The translations under genes were made by a program, and so were the position numbers. Positions 10,005-20,782 of a DNA stretch of 29,598 nucleotides are shown in pieces (positions within the stretch are counted from its first letter, which is position 1; every line of letters starts with the position of its first letter). The notes beneath the pieces were generated by a model. It saw only the letters and a program-made list of their open reading frames with translations, made no database searches and had not been told where the DNA came from. This DNA comes from Octopus sinensis (Eukaryota). The stretch lies in contig NW_021832468.1 in assembly GCF_006345805.1 (NCBI RefSeq), positions 1 to 29,598 of the forward strand, given 5' to 3'.

Positions 10005-11848
10005 CTAATCCTTAAATCCTTAATCCTTAAAAATGTTTTTAGCCGAAGGCCGCGGCCATGCTGGGGCAGACCACCCCGCGAATGAGCCACACTAGTTTGT
10101 GAATCAACCTCGATACGTGGCACTTGATCAACAAGGAGTTCGATGCTGCTGCCCGCATCCGTGTCTCCTGTCGTGAGGTAGGTTCATCTGGGACTCCCAA
10201 CAAGAAAGAGATCCAGTTTAGTTTTAAAGAAACCCACATCCACCCATTTAGTCTCTCAGGCATTTAGGGCGAATGTTGAAACTGTGGGTCCTCTGAAACC
10301 CAAGCTGTTGCAGTATCTGGACCTTTTTTTGATGGTGATGTTGGATCCTTGGCACCACGCAGCGGCGCCCCGTTCTGCGGTTTGGAGTAACTTTGAATGC
10401 CAAAGTTTGGGATAAGACCCTCCAGGATTTTCCAGATGTATATTACTGCATATTCTCTCCCGCCTCCGCTCCAGGGAGAAGAGGTTTAATACCTTCAGTC
10501 TGTCCCAGTAGCTGACATTTTGCATTGAGACGATTTTCTTTTGTAGCTCTCTGAGTTGCTTCGAGTTCTGCTGTTTTGTTTATAATGTGTGGTGACCAAA
10601 GTTTGGGAGCAGTAGTCCAAGCGGCGAGGACAAATGTTTTCCATAGGACCTCAGTGTCTCCTTCTCTCTTGTTCTGAAAGTTCGGAGAATCCATCCAGCT
10701 AGCCGTCTGCATTTTATCACCAGATTAGCAATATGCATTGGAAAGATGCATCTTGCTCATGTCAATGCCCAGGTCACGCACTGATTTTGACTCAGGGATT
10801 GCAATTCTTCCTGGGCCAGTGTATCCAGTCTTCACGTCATTTACCTTTGTGTGCCGTAGCGCAGGCCTGGACTTACCTGCATTAAGCTGCATGTTGTTGT
10901 CCTCAGCCCACCTGTGATTGTGGTCAGCTCATGTTGCAGATGCGCAATATTTCAGGTTCTGTATTGCGTGGGAGACCTTTGTGTCATCTGCATAGCTAGC
11001 AAGGGTGGTCATGTAGCAACTGAAGGCATGTCTGAAAGGGCCACTATAACATCAGTGGCCCCAAGACAGTGCCCTGTGGGACACCGCTTGTTATTTGCGT
11101 TTCCCCTGGAGGTGGCTCCATGCTCACAACTGCCTGTTTTCTGTCTTTTAGGAATTGTGCAGCCACTCTCCAAGTTTCCCGCCTATGCCGAGACCACGCA
11201 GTTTGTGACAGATCATACCATGGTCGACTTTATCAAAGGGCTTTTGCAAAGTCAAGATATATTACATCCACATTTGAGCCATTTAGTAGCTGTTTCAAAC
11301 CCAGTCATCGTGTTGCAGAGCTGTGTTAGGCAGCCTCTACCTGGTCGAAATCCATGCTGGGTGTCAGACGCAAGTCATTTTTCTTCAAGGAACATGATTA
11401 GTTTCTTACGGACTATCGTTCCATGACTTTGCTGATGTGTGAGGTCAGAGAGATAGGCCTATAATTTTTGCATCTGCTCTGCTACCTCCCTTATGGATAG
11501 GGCATATAACCCCCTCTTTCAGTTTGACTGGGAGCTACCACTTGCAAGAAAGCTCTGAAAAAGACTGTAGCGGTTTTGCAAGGGCTCGTTTGCACGATTT
11601 GAGAAGGATCGCTGGGAATCCATCAGGTCCATCGCTGAGTTTGTGTCAATCCATCACATGGCTAGTGTGATATCATCTTCTTCGATGTTGATGTACTCAA
11701 TTTTGTCTCTTTGGCCGCTGGTAAAGTGGCAAAGAATTCTTCTGGGTGTTTACTTGCCTGTGTCCTAGAGGTGTAGTGAACACACTTTGGAACTGTTCGT
11801 TCATTATTTTCACTTATCCTCGTGGGATTTCCTGTGAGAGACCATCTT
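10005..11848 (-). mobile_element. 5'-truncated CR1-type LINE: frameshifted reverse transcriptase domain, 3' UTR and (TAAGGAT)-like tail
   Basis: Minus-strand motifs GPDGFPAILLK, (N)YRPISLTSHISKVMER (about 11420-11466), QHGFRPGRGCL, FDKVDHG (about 11216-11237), SGVPQGTVLGP (11056-11088), YADD (10983-10994), YWDRLKVLNLFSLERRR; tail repeats AAGGATT at 10005-10028. Confidence 0.95.
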
Positions 11849-11885
11849 TATATACATATATATATATATATACATATATATATAT

Positions 11886-11921
<36 letters not shown>

Positions 11922-11949
11922 TATATATATATATAAATACATATATATT

Positions 11950-11992
<43 letters not shown>

Positions 11993-12009
11993 TATATGTG
12001 TGGTGTTTG

Positions 12010-12097
12010 TATGTATATGTATGTACTATCTACATACAATCAGACATCCATGTGTATGTGTATGTATGCATCTCCTATAGTATGCATATAATACGTA
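12010..12097 (-). repeat. Right arm of a long-range inverted repeat (partner 9336-9421)
   Basis: Roughly 90% identical to the reverse complement of 9336-9421 by eye. Confidence 0.88.
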
Positions 12098-12137
12098 CAT
12101 ACGGAACAATAGTGGTTTATTCACGTAGAAGGTTACA

Positions 12138-12254
12138 CTTTTACTTGTTTCAGTCATTTGACTGTGGCCATGCTGGAGCACCGCCTTTTGTCGACCAAAT
12201 CGACCCCAGGACTTATCTTTGGAAGCCTAGTACTTATTCTATCGGCCTCTTTTG
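12138..12254 (-). mobile_element. SINE family B 3' module
   Basis: CTTTTACTTGTTTCAGTCATTTGACTGTGGCCATGCTGGAGCACCGCC...GTACTTATTCTATCGG aligns with 3820-3950. Confidence 0.85.
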
Positions 12255-12606
12255 TTTGCGCGTGCTCGCGTACACTACAAACATACGCATGTGTACATGT
12301 CTATGTTTGTGTATAAATAAACTTTCAGTCTATATATACATACACACACCACCATGGTCAAGTTAGTGTTTGTATTCCAAATGTGTAGTTAAAAATAATC
12401 ACAATTAAATTACTAAATCGATATAATCGATTATAATCTTCAAGCAAAATTTTTGGCCTTGTACCTAAGTCAGGTTAGACTTGATCCAATTGACAACACA
12501 GGATTGCCTCATGATCAATGAAATAAGTAACAGGCTTTTATCGGAGCCAATTTCATTGCATTTACTAATCAAGGTATCAATTATGTCAGTGTTAGTGTGA
12601 AGTGCA

Positions 12607-13300
12607 AGGCGGTGAGCTGGCAGAATCGTTAGTACGCCGGGTTAAATGCTTAGCTCTGAGTTCAAATTCCGCCGCGGTCGACTTTGCTTTCCGCCATTAC
12701 GGGGTCAAGAAAATGAGTACCAGTTAAACACTAGTTGCGATGTAATCGATTGACCCCCTCCTCCGAAACTGCTGGTCTTGTGCCAATCATAGAAAAGAAT
12801 CGCTAGCATGCCAAATTTAGTTCGTCTTTACGCTCTGAGTTCAAGTCCCGCCGAGGTAGACTTTGCTTTCCACCATTAAGGGGTCAAGAAAATAAGGACC
12901 AGTTTAACGCTAGTTTCGATGTAATCGATTGACTCCCTTCCCCCAAAAGTGCTGGCCTTGTGTTAAAACTTCAAATCAACGTTAGTAAAGTACAAGGCAG
13001 ACTCGTTAGCACGCTGGGGGAAATGCTTAGCGCGCATTTCCTTCGTCTTTACGTTCTGAGTTCAAATTCCGCCGAAGTCAACTTTTACTTTAATTCCTTC
13101 GGTGTTGAGCACTAGGATCGACGTAATCTACCATTCCTCTCCCCCAAACTTGCTGGCTTTGTATGAAAATTTGAAACAAATCTTAGAAAAGTATAGAATG
13201 GTGGCGATTTGGCTGAGTCGTTAGAGCCTACAAATATTTGTTCTCACTGCTTGCGTTCAAATCTCGCCATGATCGACTCCGCTTTACATCTCGATGCTAA
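12607..13300 (+). mobile_element. Head-to-tail array of four family A SINE copies
   Basis: Units at about 12607-12795, 12796-12980, 12996-13181 and 13199-13300, each with TCGTTAG...GAGTTCAAAT or a variant; units 1-3 end in GCTGG(C/T)(C/T)TTGT, unit 4 is truncated. Confidence 0.88.
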
Positions 13301-13311
13301 ATCAAAATAAC

Positions 13312-14147
13312 AGGCGAAGCTGTGTGATAAAGATGCCCGTTTTGTGTTCAGCCCCACTATGTGGTACTTTGGGGAAGTGCCTTCTACTCTACTTTCAGGC
13401 GGACTAATGCCTTGTAAATGAATTCGGTGTGGAATTCATCATATATATATATCTATATATATAAAACTGTAGTTGTGTGAGTGTCTGTCTCCTACGATTT
13501 AGATTCCTAACTCCTCCCACATTTTGCGGTGCAGTTTAACCAAATTCGGGTATCTTATAGTCGTGATTAATATTGAGCCCGTCTGGCTATTAGCGCGCGT
13601 CTACGATGAGTCTACGATTTTAAAAATAATTTAACATCATTTTTTATTCCATTTTAATACATAATTTTTCGTGTGTCGATGGCGGCGAGTTGGCGTCCAT
13701 GTCACACCTGCACCTGTTTGCTTCTCCCCTTCTTCCCTCCCTCGTGAAGCTGTGGGGAAGGAGTTTAAGGAAATCAACGTCCGTAAAGCGTTGTCAAGGA
13801 AACCAGAGCGTTCTTTTAGAACAACGACTTCATGGCTTTGAAGACACAAACAGAAATGGCTAAGAAAGCCCGAATTGGCATCTATAAGGAGTAACTCTCT
13901 AAAATGCTTATATGTTTTTTCCCTTACAAACCCGAGCAACGCCGGGCGATACTGCTAGTATATAAATAAGCGGAATTCGTCATATATGTATGTACCTTTG
14001 TGTTTGTTCCTCCTCTAACACGTTACAATTGGTATAGGTTTGTTTAATTTTCCGTTATATAACGCTTTGGCAAAAGACACTAGCAGGACAATTTGTATAT
14101 TAAAAATGAGTACTAGGGTCGGTTTGTTTGACTAAACCTTTCAAGGC
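13312..14147 (+). mobile_element. Old family B SINE split by a Helitron (head 13312-13446, 3' module about 13990-14147)
   Basis: Degenerate head GCTGTGTGATAA...CCACTATGTGGTACTTTGGGGAAGTGCCTTCTACT; downstream TTTGGCAAAAGAC...GAGTACTAGGGTCGGTTTGTTTGACTAAA. Confidence 0.62.
13452..13958 (+). mobile_element. Complete non-autonomous Helitron (507 bp)
   Basis: 5' TC at 13452 after A; GC hairpin CCCGAGCAACGCCGGG at 13931-13946; CTAG at 13955-13958 followed by T; these are canonical Helitron termini and A^T target. Confidence 0.9.
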
Positions 14148-14413
14148 CCCAAATTAGACACACCTCCCTTTCTTTCTTTTGAAATCGACGAAACGTAGAA
14201 CCAGCGCTGGGTGGTTACAGATTGACAAAATAATTAGACCGTTGTACAGGATATCGTGTGGTATATTTTCCCGTTTCTCTGAATTTTTGAAACTTAATCC
14301 GATTCCTGGTTTAATGTTATTCCTTTTATTTTTTAGTTCCTGAAGCGGGTTTCACACTATTGTAGTTATCCACGCCTAGTCTCCAGTTTGAAGGTAACTA
14401 GATTAGTATAATA

Positions 14414-14489
14414 TCTGACGTTTCGGTAAAGAGTCTTTCTTCGGGGAAGTAAGAATAGTAGTAGACTGATTTTCGTCCGAAACGTCAGA
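14414..14489. repeat. 13-bp inverted repeat made of two opposing hammerhead-like GAAACGTC motifs
   Basis: TCTGACGTTTCGG at 14414-14426 and CCGAAACGTCAGA at 14477-14489; minus strand reads CCGAAGA-AAGACTCTTTACC-GAAACGTC. Confidence 0.7.
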
Positions 14490-14631
14490 AATTAACACGG
14501 CTCTACGACCTGCCAAGAAAAGAATTTTTACTTTAATACCAATGTGTATCATTTTGGAAGTTTTTTAAAAACTGCTACCAGTTTCCATAGATTCTATATT
14601 TTTACTTCAGAAAGAAAACAAAAAAATAAAC

Positions 14632-14701
<70 letters not shown>

Positions 14702-14702
14702 G

Positions 14703-14775
<73 letters not shown>

Positions 14776-14812
14776 TGATAGATAGATAGGTAGATAGGTA
14801 GATAGATAGATA
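14632..14812. repeat. (GATA)n microsatellite
   Basis: Direct reading. Confidence 0.97.
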
Positions 14813-15099
14813 CGAGTGAGAGAGAATAGGAGAAAGAGGGACTATATTACTCGAAGAACGGGCTGAATAAGAGTGAGATGGTTAAATTGTTAAGTAGAAT
14901 CTAATTTATGGAAGGGTAGACGGATGGATTGAGAGTGTTGAAAAGAAAGAGCCCGAAAAATGTTTTAAGGAGAAAAGAAGAGAGGAGGAGGAGGAGGAAG
15001 AGGAGGCGGGGGATAAGTTGGAGAGAAAGGAGTCGTAAAGAGCGTAAGATGGGATCATAAATGTAAAGAGATAGACAGAGAAAGGAGTGTCGAGAGGGC

Positions 15100-15570
15100 A
15101 GTGGTGGTGGTGGTGGTAGTGGTGGTGATGGTGGTGGTGATGGTGGTGAGGATAGTGGTGGGGAAGTGGCGTGGTAGTTATGGTGGCGGTGGTAATGGTT
15201 GGGGTAATGGTTGTGATAGTGGTTATAGTGGTGGTGGTGGCGGTGGTGGTCATCTTGGCCGTATAAATGGTGGCAGTGGTGATAGCGGTGGTGGCAAGAA
15301 TGACAATGGTAGTGGTGGTGGCGGCGGCGGCGACGGTGGTGGTGGTGGTGGTGGTGGTGGTGGTGGTGGTGTGGTGTAGCAGCGACAGCGGCGTTCATAG
15401 TGGCCGTCGTGGTAATAATTGTAATAGTTGTGGTGCTGGTAATGGTGGTGATATCAGTGGTTGCGGTGAGAGTTGTGGTGTTGGCGGTTGTGGCGTTTGC
15501 AGTGGTGGCGATGGCAGCAACGGTGGCGGCGACGGTGGCGGTTGTGGGCTTGCTTGGCGGTGATGGCGAC
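15100..15570. repeat. Cryptic (GGT)/(GGC)/(GAT) trinucleotide repeat region
   Basis: Degenerate NGN-periodic repeats giving poly-V/G/H/P/T in all frames. Confidence 0.88.
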
Positions 15571-15784
15571 GGGGGTAACAGTCCATTAGACATTGAAACA
15601 TAAATACATGCACTGAATTAACCTTGTGTATATAATTATTGGAGGGGAAGGGGTTTGAAGGAGGTGGGGTGATGGTGGCGGGGTAGCTACTTTAAATGTT
15701 TTCAATTATTGTTGTCAGAGTTGATGATGTTGTTTAAAAAAATGCTAACATCAACTTGGCTATAGACACAAGGACATGTGTACA

Positions 15785-15856
15785 CATACACAGACATTAT
15801 ATATACATACATACACACACCCACATATATAATATATATATTATATATAGTATATA

Positions 15857-15900
<44 letters not shown>

Positions 15901-15990
15901 CATACAATACATATATATATATACATACATATATATATATATACATACATACATATGTATACAATATATACATCATAAACATATATATAC

Positions 15991-16021
<31 letters not shown>

Positions 16022-16095
16022 CATATATATATGCATACATATATATATATATATACATACATACATATATATATATGTATATATATGTATATATG

Positions 16096-16126
<31 letters not shown>

Positions 16127-16135
16127 GATATGCAT
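15785..16135. repeat. (TA)n/(TACA)n microsatellite field
   Basis: Direct reading. Confidence 0.93.
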
Positions 16136-16504
16136 TAGTGTGCAAGTATGCCAGTTTCCACACACACACATACAGGTATAAATGCAAATATGCTTAGACG
16201 TGTTGTATATAGACACACACAGACATAGAGGAATGAATACATATAAAATTAGACATAAATGCATGTATACACACATACATACATTGACATGAATAAATAA
16301 ATATACATAAGGAAGTTCAAACATAGACATACGCATATATAGACATAGAAATGGATATAGTCACATACGCAGACACTAGAATGTACAGAGCTGGCAGAGA
16401 AGCTTCTGGGCCACTGCTCTGCAATCGGGTTTCTTATGAACCGTGGTGGGTTCATATAAGGTTTTGTTGCAAACATTTGTCTGTAATATATTGGTTGTAG
16501 GTGC

Positions 16505-16621
16505 AGGAGTGGCTGTGTGGTAAGTAGCTTGCTTACCAACCACATGGTTCAGGGTTCAGTCACACTGCGTGGCACCTTGGGCAAGTGTCTTCTACTATAG
16601 CCTCGGGCCGACCAAAGCCTT
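16505..16621 (+). mobile_element. SINE family B 5' head and CORE-like segment
   Basis: GGAGTGGCTGTGTGGTAAGTAGCTTGCTTACCAACCACATGGTTCAGGGTTCAGT...CCTTGGGCAAGTGTCTTCTACTATAGCC aligns with 4140-4258 (minus). Confidence 0.88.
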
Positions 16622-16924
16622 CTTGTAAAAAGGGAATGAGGAATTAAGTAATATACTACCCAGGGGCAACTTAAACTGAACTGGTTATCATCCCAAAGTT
16701 ACCTTGGCTTTAGGGCATATTAACTATTACCCAAAGTGTTGCAATGCAGAGGGGAGGGTTGCAATGAAGACAGTGAGACAGAATATGAAAGCAGAAAGTT
16801 ATTCATGAGTCATGTCCTGGGGCAAATGATCTACTATAACCTCATGCTGACCAATGGCTGTGAGTGAATTTGGTTGACGAAAACTCTGTTGAAACCTGTC
16901 ACATATATGTGTGTACGTGCGTGT

Positions 16925-16963
<39 letters not shown>

Positions 16964-17049
16964 AAAGTTTGTTCGGCATGGCAACGATTCTGTCAGCTCA
17001 TCGCCTTAATATGTACGTATATTATGTCCTTGTAATATAGTAACATAGT

Positions 17050-17167
17050 GATTCGTCGAAGGAGTTGATAGAATAGGTGACAATTACTGGGGACTAAACC
17101 CTAAAAGAAGTGCCTTATGATAGACGCGGTCCAATGACTGAAACATGTAAAGAATAAAAGAAAAGAA
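17050..17167 (+). mobile_element. SINE family B 3' module, degenerate
   Basis: Ends CAATGACTGAAACATGTAAAGAATAAAAGAAAAGAA. Confidence 0.7.
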
Positions 17168-17436
17168 TTTACAAATTCACAAATATACGAAGTGACTGTT
17201 TCGATTTTTTTTAAATTTCTTTAGTGAGGAGGTTACAAATTTGTATACAAGTGAAACGCCGTACGCGTTCGAGAGGTTCCGTACCTCTGACGTAGCTGTC
17301 TTCCTTTGGCTTGTATTATTTGCTGCCTTTCGAAGTACATTTTTACGGCTTCCTTCTTAGTTTTGTTTGTTTTTCTTTCTTGCTGTTATCTACCAATATG
17401 TATTACAAATAGAAAAAATAAGTGTTTCAAATATTT

Positions 17437-17622
17437 GTACAAAGTCAGCCATTTTAGTGGTAGGGGAATAGCCGACTTCATTGATCTCGGTACCTGAGGT
17501 TATTTTAATTTATGGATTGATGGAAGAAAGACAGAGTTGATCCGAATAGAACTTGAACTCAGGACACAAATCTGAAGGAATGCAGCGAATTATAATTATC
17601 CGAGACTCTAACAACTCGGCAC
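17437..17622 (-). mobile_element. SINE family A, old diverged copy
   Basis: ACAAAGTCAGCCATTTT...GAAAGACAGAGTTGATCC...AACTTGAACTCAGGAC is colinear with the reverse complement of family A. Confidence 0.55.
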
Positions 17623-18832
17623 TTTAAATAGGATAATCGCAGAAGGTGGAGTACTTAAAGATATATCCGATCTGCGTAGGAATTTCTGTTTGAGTAATTT
17701 GCAAGAAATAGCAGTCAAATCTCTCTCATATTCCAGTCTTTGTCAACATTTATATAATAGGATTTTCCAAATATTGAATGGCCATGAGAGTCTATCCGAG
17801 TAAAAAAAGGAATCAAAAAGAGTCCATAGGTAAAGAAAAAAATGATTGAGAATCATTGATTCATATCAGCAGGTAAAGAGGCAGTAGTTTAGTAAAGCGG
17901 TGCTTTACCAAAACACTTTCCATTTATGGAGAAATGTGTAATAAACCTTCAGCTGTTCAGAGATGGGATTTCATACCAGTTTATGCTTGTGTATACATTT
18001 TTGTTTATATCGTTTCTTCTATTGATCTTATATGTAATATTAATGAAGTGAGATTTTTAGTGCAGCTATAGATAACATTTACTGTAAGTGCATCAAAGGC
18101 TTTGTCGTATATGTGTGAGCAAGAGAAGTTCAACTTTACAAACGACATTTAAACTATAACGTCGGGCTGAAACAGTTACAGACGTTCTATCTATTTTGTA
18201 TGTATGCGTGTTATAAAAGTTTGACATGCCTTCCTATTTTTCTTTAAAGCTATTCACTGTTTCCATAAAAGACGATATTTAAGACTCTTCATCAAAGAGA
18301 TATTAGAAAGTGTTGAATTCATAAAATACTTATGTTGACTTGGAAGTCAGTTTCGCGAATTGTATTGTGTTCTTCGACTTCTGTGTAGATTTGAATTACA
18401 TGTAGCATGGACGTCAATGAGAAAAGTTTGATACGGAACTCTGTATTACAACAAAATTTCTAATGTACGACACTTCAATATCGCTGAGATGCTTGCCTGT
18501 CTATCTATCTATCTATGTATCACTTGAAAAGGAAAGTGAAAGTAGAGAGGCAAGTTTTGTCTAGCGAATATTTAAAAAAAAAGGTGGGTGAATGTAGCAA
18601 GGATGGCAGGTATGAATGACGAAGCCACCTTGAGCATAATCCTATGAACCCGGAAAAATTTAAAACAGAGAGTTACTTACTTGCAAATAAATGTGTTAAC
18701 ATTATTGACCGAGGTTTACGTGGTCATTTCCATAGGCTTTTCTTTCTACGGATGAACCTTATCTGCTTCCCCCTTTATACTTTACATCATGACATTTCTG
18801 TGATACACGCTCCCTATTGATCGTTTTTTTCT

Positions 18833-18949
18833 CTTTACTTTTTACGATCCTTTTTGATCGAAAACCTACCCTATTTTTCCTCCCCAAAAAGAAAAGCTCT
18901 ACTTTGTAATTTGTCCCGTCTCTATTGAGCCCTGTTGGCTAATAAAGAA

Positions 18950-18950
<1 letters not shown>
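18833..18950 (+). mobile_element. 3' end of the same non-LTR retroelement as 6445-6566
   Basis: Pairwise similarity over about 120 bp; AATAAA at 18941-18946 followed by (TA)/(TG)n. Confidence 0.72.
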
Positions 18951-18957
<7 letters not shown>

Positions 18958-19012
<55 letters not shown>

Positions 19013-19022
19013 CGTGCGTGTA
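18958..19022. repeat. Pure (TG)n plus (TGCG)n tract
   Basis: Direct reading. Confidence 0.97.
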
Positions 19023-19848
19023 TACACGCATATATATGCATATATACATACGTTCATGCGTATTTATTTCTATTATATATATAATATTTATGAATCAATG
19101 TAAGTATGTATGTATGCTTGTACATATATATGTAAATAAATAAATACAGAGATTAGAAAAGAAGGATATGTGCGTGTGTCAGAGAAATGAGAGATGCTCA
19201 CATACATACGTGCATTCACACATACACATATACATATATATATATAACTATATCTATATACATACATATGTATACACATAGACATGCACACACACACATA
19301 CATGTATACATACATACACGCGCATACATGCACAATATGTATCCTTTCTATAAACATTCCATTATATGAGATTTTATATACTTTCTAAAAACACATATCA
19401 TGATTTATATAAATATCCTCAAAACATTATATAAATACATTAAATCCGTGCATACATATTGACATATCTCCTCGTATTCCTTTTACACTGCTAAACACAC
19501 AAGTGTGTTCAATTATTGTTCTTAAACCGCCATTGATGCTGCTAATGTTGCCGCCGCTGGTGCGGCTGTTACAAGTCGCTAGAGCTATTGAGGAGGACGA
19601 CGACGGCGATGTCTACGATACTGATGATGATGGTGGTGGTGGTTGTAGTGTTGATGATGATGATAATGATTGTTATTGTTATTTGTTTATGCTCAATTTA
19701 TTATTGTAGTTGGTTTTTGCTGCGGTTGCAATAGCAGTTGCTGTTGTTGTTGTTGTTGCTGTTGTTAACGTGTGCGGCCTATATCCATTTTTTTTGTTTT
19801 TATGAGGTTATATATTTTTTGTTATGTGTTATTTTTGATGATACATAG

Positions 19849-19849
19849 C

Positions 19850-19903
<54 letters not shown>

Positions 19904-19968
19904 TATGATAATAATAATGATAACATTAATAATAATAATAATAACAATAACAATAATAATAAAACATC

Positions 19969-20027
<59 letters not shown>

Positions 20028-20100
20028 TGATGATGATGATGATAAAATAGTAAAAAAATAACGGCGACAACAACAACATTCATAATAATAATAAAACATC

Positions 20101-20140
<40 letters not shown>

Positions 20141-20260
20141 TAACATCAACAATAATAATAGATATTTAAATAAATAAATAGTAAGAATAAAACGAAGAAT
20201 AAAAATAAAAATAACTATTAAAACAATAATAATAATAATAAATGATAGCTACATTTATTA
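19849..20260. repeat. (AAT)n microsatellite field with recurring AACATCAA interruptions
   Basis: Direct reading. Confidence 0.95.
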
Positions 20261-20307
20261 TAATAATAAATGATATCAACATCAACGACAACATTAACCA
20301 TGATAAT

Positions 20308-20400
20308 GATTTGATTTTATTGGCCACGAGGGTCCCATAGGTTGTGGAACAGTAAAAAAGACGACATACAAAGAAGTTGAAGTTACAAACATGAAACAGC
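20308..20400 (-). mobile_element. Possible LINE 3' end related to 6445/18833
   Basis: Minus strand CCCTCGTGGCCAATAAAATCAAATC resembles CCCTGTGTGGCTAATAAAGAAAC; short match only. Confidence 0.4.
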
Positions 20401-20782
20401 AGGGGATTTCCGCAAAGGGAACTCGTAAGATCAACACGGACAATGAAGACATATTAATACATAGTTATTTCTAATATAGACACAAGACCATCAATTTTGA
20501 AGGTAGGGATTTAGTTGCGCAATTCAATACTTAGTATTTGTTTTTATTGACCTTGAAAGTTTGCAAAAGGGAAGTTGAAACCTTGTTCGGATTTGAAATC
20601 TGATTGTAAAGATTTGTAAAAAATTGGTTTTTTTTTCTTTTTCAACGCTCTATCGAATTTGCCAAACACCGACTAAATAAATAGGTAATTATTTGGGATA
20701 TGGATTTACAAACGAGCGAGAAAGTGCTCCATGTTGTGGGGATTATTTACACGCGTGTGCACAAACACCCACAAATTAACAT

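Noticed and set aside
10914-11426. 170-aa plus-strand ORF
   Set aside because: Antisense to the CR1 RT coding strand; shadow ORF.
12607-13300. CRISPR-like or satellite array
   Set aside because: Units are about 190-bp degenerate SINE copies in eukaryotic DNA, with no short identical repeats separated by unique spacers and no cas genes.
14180-14200. GAAACGTA hammerhead-like half motif
   Set aside because: No CUGANGA box or stem II upstream.
14901-15603. 230-aa His/Thr/Pro-rich ORF and overlapping Val/Gly-rich ORFs
   Set aside because: Open in several frames on both strands because of cryptic trinucleotide repeats; no domain and no splice support.
16369-16480. Possible minus-strand exon (QMFATKPYMNPPRFIRNPIAEQWPRSFS...)
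   Set aside because: Weak acceptor, donor lies within microsatellite-like sequence, and the peptide is not recognisable.
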